Assembly: GCF_004376175.1 (NCBI RefSeq)
Contig: NZ_SNUY01000058.1
Span: forward strand, 364-29,144
DNA length: 28,781 nt
Source: Halalkalibacterium halodurans
Lineage (GTDB): Bacteria > Bacillota > Bacilli > Bacillales > Bacillaceae_D
Direction: 5' to 3'
Shown: in pieces, positions 24,220 to 28,781 of the stretch
Layout: each line of letters begins with the position of its first letter
How positions within the stretch are numbered: the stretch's first letter is position 1
Notes under the pieces: model-generated
What the model saw: the letters and a program-made list of their open reading frames with translations, nothing else
Told to the model about the DNA's origin: nothing
Databases searched by the model: none
Made by a program: the position numbers and the translations under genes

Positions 24220-25146
24220 ATGAAACAACGGAAACACTTATTACTTCTCACCATGTTGCTTTTCGCTTTGCTTGTAGTCGCTGCTTGTGGAAGCAATACA
24301 GATGCACAACAAGCTGACGAACTAGAATCCAAAGATGGAATGATCACATACGAGTCAGAAGCGGGTCCCATCGAAGTCCCTGCCAACCCTCAGCGTGTAG
24401 TCGCCTTAGGCTTTACTGGCAATATCCTTGCCCTTGATGTAAATGTTGTTGGTGTTGACACTTGGTCAAAGAACAATCCTAACTACGAACAATTGCTTCA
24501 AGACGTAACGGAGGTATCCGAGGAGAACCTAGAACAAATTATGGAGCTAGATCCTGATTTAATTATTGCTTACTCTACTGTACAAAACGCGGAACAGCTT
24601 CAAGAAATTGCACCAACCGTATTGTACACTTACAATAACCTCGACTACTTAGAACAGCATGTTGAAATAGGCAAGCTATTAAACAAAGAAGAGGAAGCTC
24701 AAGCATGGGTTGATGACTTCAAAGCTCGTGCAGAGCAAGCTGGAGAAGAGATCAAAGAAAAAATTGGGGAAGATGCAACTGTTTCCGTGATTGAAACATT
24801 TGAAGATCAACTGTACGTGTTCGGTAACAACTGGGGACGCGGCACCGAAATTCTTTATCAAACGATGGGCTTAGCGATGCCGGAAAAGGTGGAAGAAATG
24901 GCACTTGCCGACGGTTATTATGCCCTATCGTTTGAAGCGTTACCAGAGTTTGCTGGAGATTACATCATCTTAAGCAAAAATGACGAAGCTGACAATTCAT
25001 TCCAAGAAACGAACACGTATCAAAGCATTCCAGCGGTGCAAAATGGCCAAGTATTTGAAGCCAACGCAAAAGAATTTTACTTTAATGATCCACTTTCCCT
25101 CGAGCTTCAACTTGAATTTTTTAAAGAACACTTTTTATCTGAATAA
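24220..25146 (+). CDS. Iron-siderophore ABC transporter substrate-binding lipoprotein (FhuD/YxeB-like)
   Basis: Signal peptide with lipobox LVVAAC|GS. The pattern ...PQRVVALGFTGNILALDVNVVGV...LDPDLII... is typical of cluster A-2 siderophore binding proteins. Start at ATG 24220 (AAAGGAG + 8 nt). Confidence 0.85.
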   Translation: MKQRKHLLLLTMLLFALLVVAACGSNTDAQQADELESKDGMITYESEAGPIEVPANPQRVVALGFTGNILALDVNVVGVDTWSKNNPNYEQLLQDVTEVSEENLEQIMELDPDLIIAYSTVQNAEQLQEIAPTVLYTYNNLDYLEQHVEIGKLLNKEEEAQAWVDDFKARAEQAGEEIKEKIGEDATVSVIETFEDQLYVFGNNWGRGTEILYQTMGLAMPEKVEEMALADGYYALSFEALPEFAGDYIILSKNDEADNSFQETNTYQSIPAVQNGQVFEANAKEFYFNDPLSLELQLEFFKEHFLSE

Positions 25147-25147
25147 T

Positions 25148-25190
25148 AAAGAGAGAAGCTGTCCAGTCCCCCCGGTCAGCTTCTCTCTTT
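25148..25190. terminator. Bidirectional terminator between the convergent SBP and ABC exporter genes
   Basis: Perfect 14-bp stem aaagagagaagctg / cagcttctctcttt with a 15-nt loop. T-runs on both strands. Confidence 0.75.
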
Positions 25191-25195
25191 TTGCC

Positions 25196-26417
25196 TTATA
25201 CTTGTGCTCGAACAAGGAATTCTCCAAATTGGGCGCGGTGCAAACGAGCATAAATTCCACCTGTTTGTAGCAATTGCTCATGGCTTCCTTGCTCTGCAAT
25301 ACCTTCTTTCGTGACCACGATGATTCGATCAGCATTTTTAATCGTTGCCAGACGGTGTGCAATGACGAGCGTCGTTCTGCCTTTGCTTAATTCTGATAGC
25401 GACTGCTGAATCGCGAGCTCCGTCTCTGTATCAAGGGCGGAAGTAGCTTCATCTAAAATTAAAATAGGTGGATTTTTTAGGAACATTCGAGCAATCGATA
25501 GCCGCTGTTTCTGTCCCCCTGATAGTTTGACTCCTCGCTCACCGATGACCGTTTCCAGACCATCTGGCTGGCTTAGGATAAAATCATCCAACTTCGCCTT
25601 GCGAGCAGCCTCCATAATTTCATCATCCGTTGCTTGAAGGTTGCCATAGGCAATGTTCTCTTTCACCGTTCCTGAAAATAAGAAGACATCTTGCTGCACA
25701 ATCCCAATTTGATTGCGCAAACTCTCGAGTTTCATTTCACGAATGTCGAGCCCATCAACTACAATCCTTCCGTCCTTCACCTCATAAAAACGAGGCAGCA
25801 AGCTACATAGCGTCGTTTTCCCAGCTCCAGAAGGGCCGACAAACGCTACTGTTTCACCTGCACGAATGGTAAGATCAATATTTTTTAGCACATCGTCCAT
25901 CCCGTCATAACCAAACGTGACCCCTTCATATTGGATGTTCCCCTGAATGTTCCATTCTTTCGCTCCAGGAGCATCTTCAATATCCGGTTCGGTATCGAGA
26001 ATTTCTGTATATCGCTTAAATCCAGCAATCCCTTTAGGATAACTTTCAATAACGGCATTAATTTTTTGGACCGGCTGAATCAGAATGTTCGATAATAAAA
26101 TAAAGGCGACAAACTCTCCATATGTCAAGCTTCCAGAGATGACAAACCACGTTCCGACTAGCAGAGTGAGCAGCGTAATCGAGCGCATCAGCACATAGTT
26201 CGCCATTACGTTTTGCGCCATAATTTTATAGGATGCGAGCTTTGTTTTCCGATAACGCTGATTGTTTTTCGCAAATTGAGCCTGTTCATAGCGCTCATTC
26301 GCAAAAGCTTGAACGATCCTAATTCCCCCAATGCTATCCTCGACCCGTGCATTAATATCGCCTACATCTTGAAACATACGGCGAAAAGTTGTCGTCATTT
26401 TTTTATTAAAGTAAACC
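25196..26417 (-). pseudogene. 3' portion of an IS-disrupted ABC exporter (TMD C-terminal half + NBD)
   Basis: Walker A GPSGAGKTT, signature LSGGQKQR and Walker B ILILDEATSALD. The reading frame continues upstream of the track ATG through NKK to the IS junction. Confidence 0.85.
26409..26417. repeat. Target-site duplication, left copy (AAGTAAACC)
   Basis: Identical 9-mer directly flanks both IS termini. Confidence 0.8.
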
Positions 26418-27822
26418 CACTAGTGTTGCATAAAAAATATCGCAATTTTCAGTCTAATAATTTTCCCTTAAAAGAGCCAAAAAAGTAATTACCCTAATAA
26501 AGGTGGCTCCGTCCATTTGGAAAATATTTTACATAAAGACTAGGGTGACAGTAAGGTTTTAAGGTTTAAGGAATCGTCTTTTCTTCAATTTTTCGTATCC
26601 AGATCCGTGCCGGCTTCCATAATGCAGCCCGTAAATAACGGCTGATCTGCAGGATTTTTCGCTTACTCTCTGTTTCAATTTGAGATAAAACATGGAGACA
26701 ATAAACGATCAAAGCGATGAATACCTGATTTTGAATCGCCCATTCACTCTGACCATAAAACTTTTTGATATTCAGGTGCTGTTTGATCCATTTGAAAAAC
26801 AGCTCAATCGCCCAGCGCGATTTGTACATGTCTGAAATCTCGTCAGCACTCAAATCAAACCGGTTGGTGATCAATTGAAGTTCATTTCCTTTTGAGTCCA
26901 TGACGTTTAAGAGTCGAAACACATTTTCAGCCCGGTTCTGTGTGGTGCCGATCAACACCATTTGGTCAGACAAAACAGATGAATCTTCGGGGAGGCTAAA
27001 ATCGTCCATCACTCGAATGACAGCGTTCTTCTTCAGCCGCGTTAAGAAGAAGTAACCATCATCTGTCATGCGATCAAATCGCTCATAATCAAGGTAGCCA
27101 CGATCAAACACGTACATGCATTCCTTGTCATCAACCATGACTTCAAGCTGACCGCGGTCATGCTCACCGGCAGTTGTCATCACCGCTTTTTCAGGGTAAG
27201 ACGTTCCCTTTTCCATGAAAACGAGCCGCAAATGTAATTTGACGCCGGCTTTTGTTTTACGGAATTTCGCCCATCTGTGACTCGTCAGATTGAGCGGCAA
27301 CGTGCTCGAATCAATGATTTTCAGGGGCATTACCATCTTTGTGGCGTGCGTTCTGGCATGAATATTCCCCACCAGATCCAGAAATAAAAGCTGGAACAAA
27401 TCCGGATTCAAACCGTTTAACCGTCTCGACAGCTGAGAAATACTGATCGAATCAAGATCAATCTCTTGTTGAAGCTGGTCATCAAACAGGCAGTCGCCAA
27501 GCGCATGCAAACTTTCGACTTCCTCCAGCTGCGCAAAAAGCAGTAGTTTCAGGAATGATTCTGTCGTTAATTTCTTTGTATAATAGTCTAATTTCATGGT
27601 TTTCACGTGATCTTCAAAAATATTGAGATTTATGTAAGAAAACCATTGTCCAAATGAAGTTTTTCGTGTAATCTTGTCCATGCGTTAGTCCTTTTTTAGT
27701 GGATTTGGACGGGTTACCACCTGACTTATCCATTATAAAGGACTTTTTTCTTTGCCATAAACAAGATTAGTGAAGGTTTCGAGTCTTTTTAATAGTTTGA
27801 ATCAATTAATGCAACACTAGTG
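26418..27822 (-). mobile_element. IS4-family insertion sequence, 1405 bp, apparently intact
   Basis: 14-bp perfect terminal inverted repeats (cactagtgttgcat ... atgcaacactagtg), a 9-bp direct repeat of the target and a single 371-aa DDE transposase ORF. Confidence 0.85.
26566..27681 (-). CDS. IS4-family DDE transposase
   Basis: Candidate catalytic positions IIDSSTL, VFDRGYLDYERF and YKSRWAIELFFKWIKQHL (the Y-2-R-3-E-6-K region typical of the IS4 family). Confidence 0.85.
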   Translation of the reverse strand: MDKITRKTSFGQWFSYINLNIFEDHVKTMKLDYYTKKLTTESFLKLLLFAQLEEVESLHALGDCLFDDQLQQEIDLDSISISQLSRRLNGLNPDLFQLLFLDLVGNIHARTHATKMVMPLKIIDSSTLPLNLTSHRWAKFRKTKAGVKLHLRLVFMEKGTSYPEKAVMTTAGEHDRGQLEVMVDDKECMYVFDRGYLDYERFDRMTDDGYFFLTRLKKNAVIRVMDDFSLPEDSSVLSDQMVLIGTTQNRAENVFRLLNVMDSKGNELQLITNRFDLSADEISDMYKSRWAIELFFKWIKQHLNIKKFYGQSEWAIQNQVFIALIVYCLHVLSQIETESKRKILQISRYLRAALWKPARIWIRKIEEKTIP

Positions 27823-27831
27823 AAGTAAACC
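27823..27831. repeat. Target-site duplication, right copy (AAGTAAACC)
   Basis: Identical to 26409-26417. Confidence 0.8.
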
Positions 27832-28322
27832 GCAAAAATGATAATGAAAGGTACAACGCAGAAAAGAGCGACCGCCAGCTGCCAATGAATCGACAGCATA
27901 ATCGCAAAGGCACCAACGAGTGTCATAATCGCGACGAACACGTCTTCGGGACCGTGGTGAGCCACCTCGCCAATCTCCTCCAAATCCTTTGTAAGTCTCG
28001 AAATGGAATGACCTGTCTTATTGTTGTCATAATAGCCAAATGATAGCTTTTGCATGTGCTCAAACAGCTTTTTTCTCATATCAGACTCAATGTTGATCCC
28101 TAGCTTATGCCCCCAATAAGTAACGACATATTGCATAACCGTGTTTAGCAAATACACAAAAAGCAAACCGACACACGCCCAAAAAATAATCTGCCAGTTC
28201 CCTTCTGGTAGCAGACGATCGATCACTTGATTGACTGCTAACGGAAATGCCAGCTCTAAGATTCCAACAAATACCGCACAAAAGAAATCAAGAAAAAACA
28301 AACCTTTACCTGAATTATTCAT
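27823..28322 (-). pseudogene. 5' portion of the IS-disrupted ABC exporter (TMD N-terminal half), possibly also 5'-truncated
   Basis: The translation ...LELAFPLAVNQVIDRLLP...KLSFGYYDNNKTGHSISRLTKD... is typical of an ABC exporter TMD. The last 10 residues of the track ORF are IS-encoded. ATG 28322 has no usable RBS. Confidence 0.8.
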
Positions 28323-28505
28323 ACCTCGAACATAAATCAGGGTTTTAGGCCAAAAACGATTAGATTCCCGATCCCTTTGAAAGAATCATGGTTATTTTTC
28401 TTCTGAAAAGCATCTTTCTAGAATGAGGAGCGGAAAAATGCCTGTTTTTGGGCATACTTCTCCCTTGGTCTTAAATCGTGTTTTAAAAAACAGGATTTTT
28501 CGATT

Positions 28506-28781
28506 CTATCCTAGCTTTAGCTGTTGAATCCGCTGAAGTACTTTCCAGAAAAAATCTTGGTATACAAAACTAGAGGACAATTTAAAATGAAGGGATCGTC
28601 CTGATTTCACTAATTTACTAGCCACTTTAATGACCCTTGTACGTATGGTTTCAATTTGCATCCCTTTTTGTGCTTCTGGAAAGCAAAGCGTACGTAGCCA
28701 ATTCGTTAGGTTATAGGCTAACAGGCTCATCATCATTTTTACTTCATTCACTTGAAAAGAGTGACTGCTCATTTTATCCAA
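28506..28781 (-). CDS. C-terminal part of an IS1380-family-like DDE transposase (partial, runs off the right edge)
   Basis: ...MSLLAYNLTNWLRTL...IETIRTRVIKVASKLVKSGRSLHFKL... resembles the conserved C-terminus of IS1380-type transposases. The frame is open to the window edge. Confidence 0.55.
   Translation of the reverse strand: MDKMSSHSFQVNEVKMMMSLLAYNLTNWLRTLCFPEAQKGMQIETIRTRVIKVASKLVKSGRSLHFKLSSSFVYQDFFWKVLQRIQQLKLG

Noticed and set aside
1-28781. CRISPR arrays, tRNA/rRNA genes, prophage or defence-system gene clusters
   Set aside because: I saw no regularly spaced direct repeats, no cloverleaf-like or rRNA-like segments, and no nuclease/helicase/methylase-type ORFs. All long ORFs are accounted for by the features listed.

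Overview
28.8-kb chromosomal segment that looks like a low-GC, endospore-forming Firmicute (Bacillaceae-like). This call rests on strong GGAGG-type RBSs, TnrA/GlnR and Fur operator motifs, a CotF-type spore coat gene and a YpiB/ReoY homologue. I call about 27 intact protein genes, mostly on the minus strand. They include: a RarD permease, a monocistronic type I glutamine synthetase, a GH13 oligo-1,6-glucosidase, a DUF2294 + SbtA-like permease pair, a YhfW-like FAD/Rieske oxidoreductase, a TPP enzyme + VOC protein, a DUF77 protein, an M20 peptidase, YpiB/ReoY, a divergent Lrp/AsnC + YitT-family pair, an ECF-sigma operon, a Fur-box-preceded heme monooxygenase, a divergent HxlR + NAD(P)H quinone reductase pair, two MFS_3-type pumps, a coat protein, a YfhF-like SDR and an orphan Fur-box-preceded siderophore-binding lipoprotein. 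The right end is rich in insertion sequences. An ABC exporter gene is split by a 1405-bp IS4-family element with 14-bp terminal inverted repeats and a 9-bp target duplication. An IS1380-family transposase fragment lies just upstream of that gene, and the left edge may carry another transposase start. I saw no rRNA, tRNA or CRISPR array. The best candidate for something undescribed is the ECF sigma factor. It is translationally coupled to a soluble, acidic 398-aa protein built from ~55-aa internal repeats, with no TM segment and no recognisable anti-sigma domain, followed by an MFS transporter and a small membrane protein. All family assignments come from reading the translations and from memory of family signatures; no database search was run.
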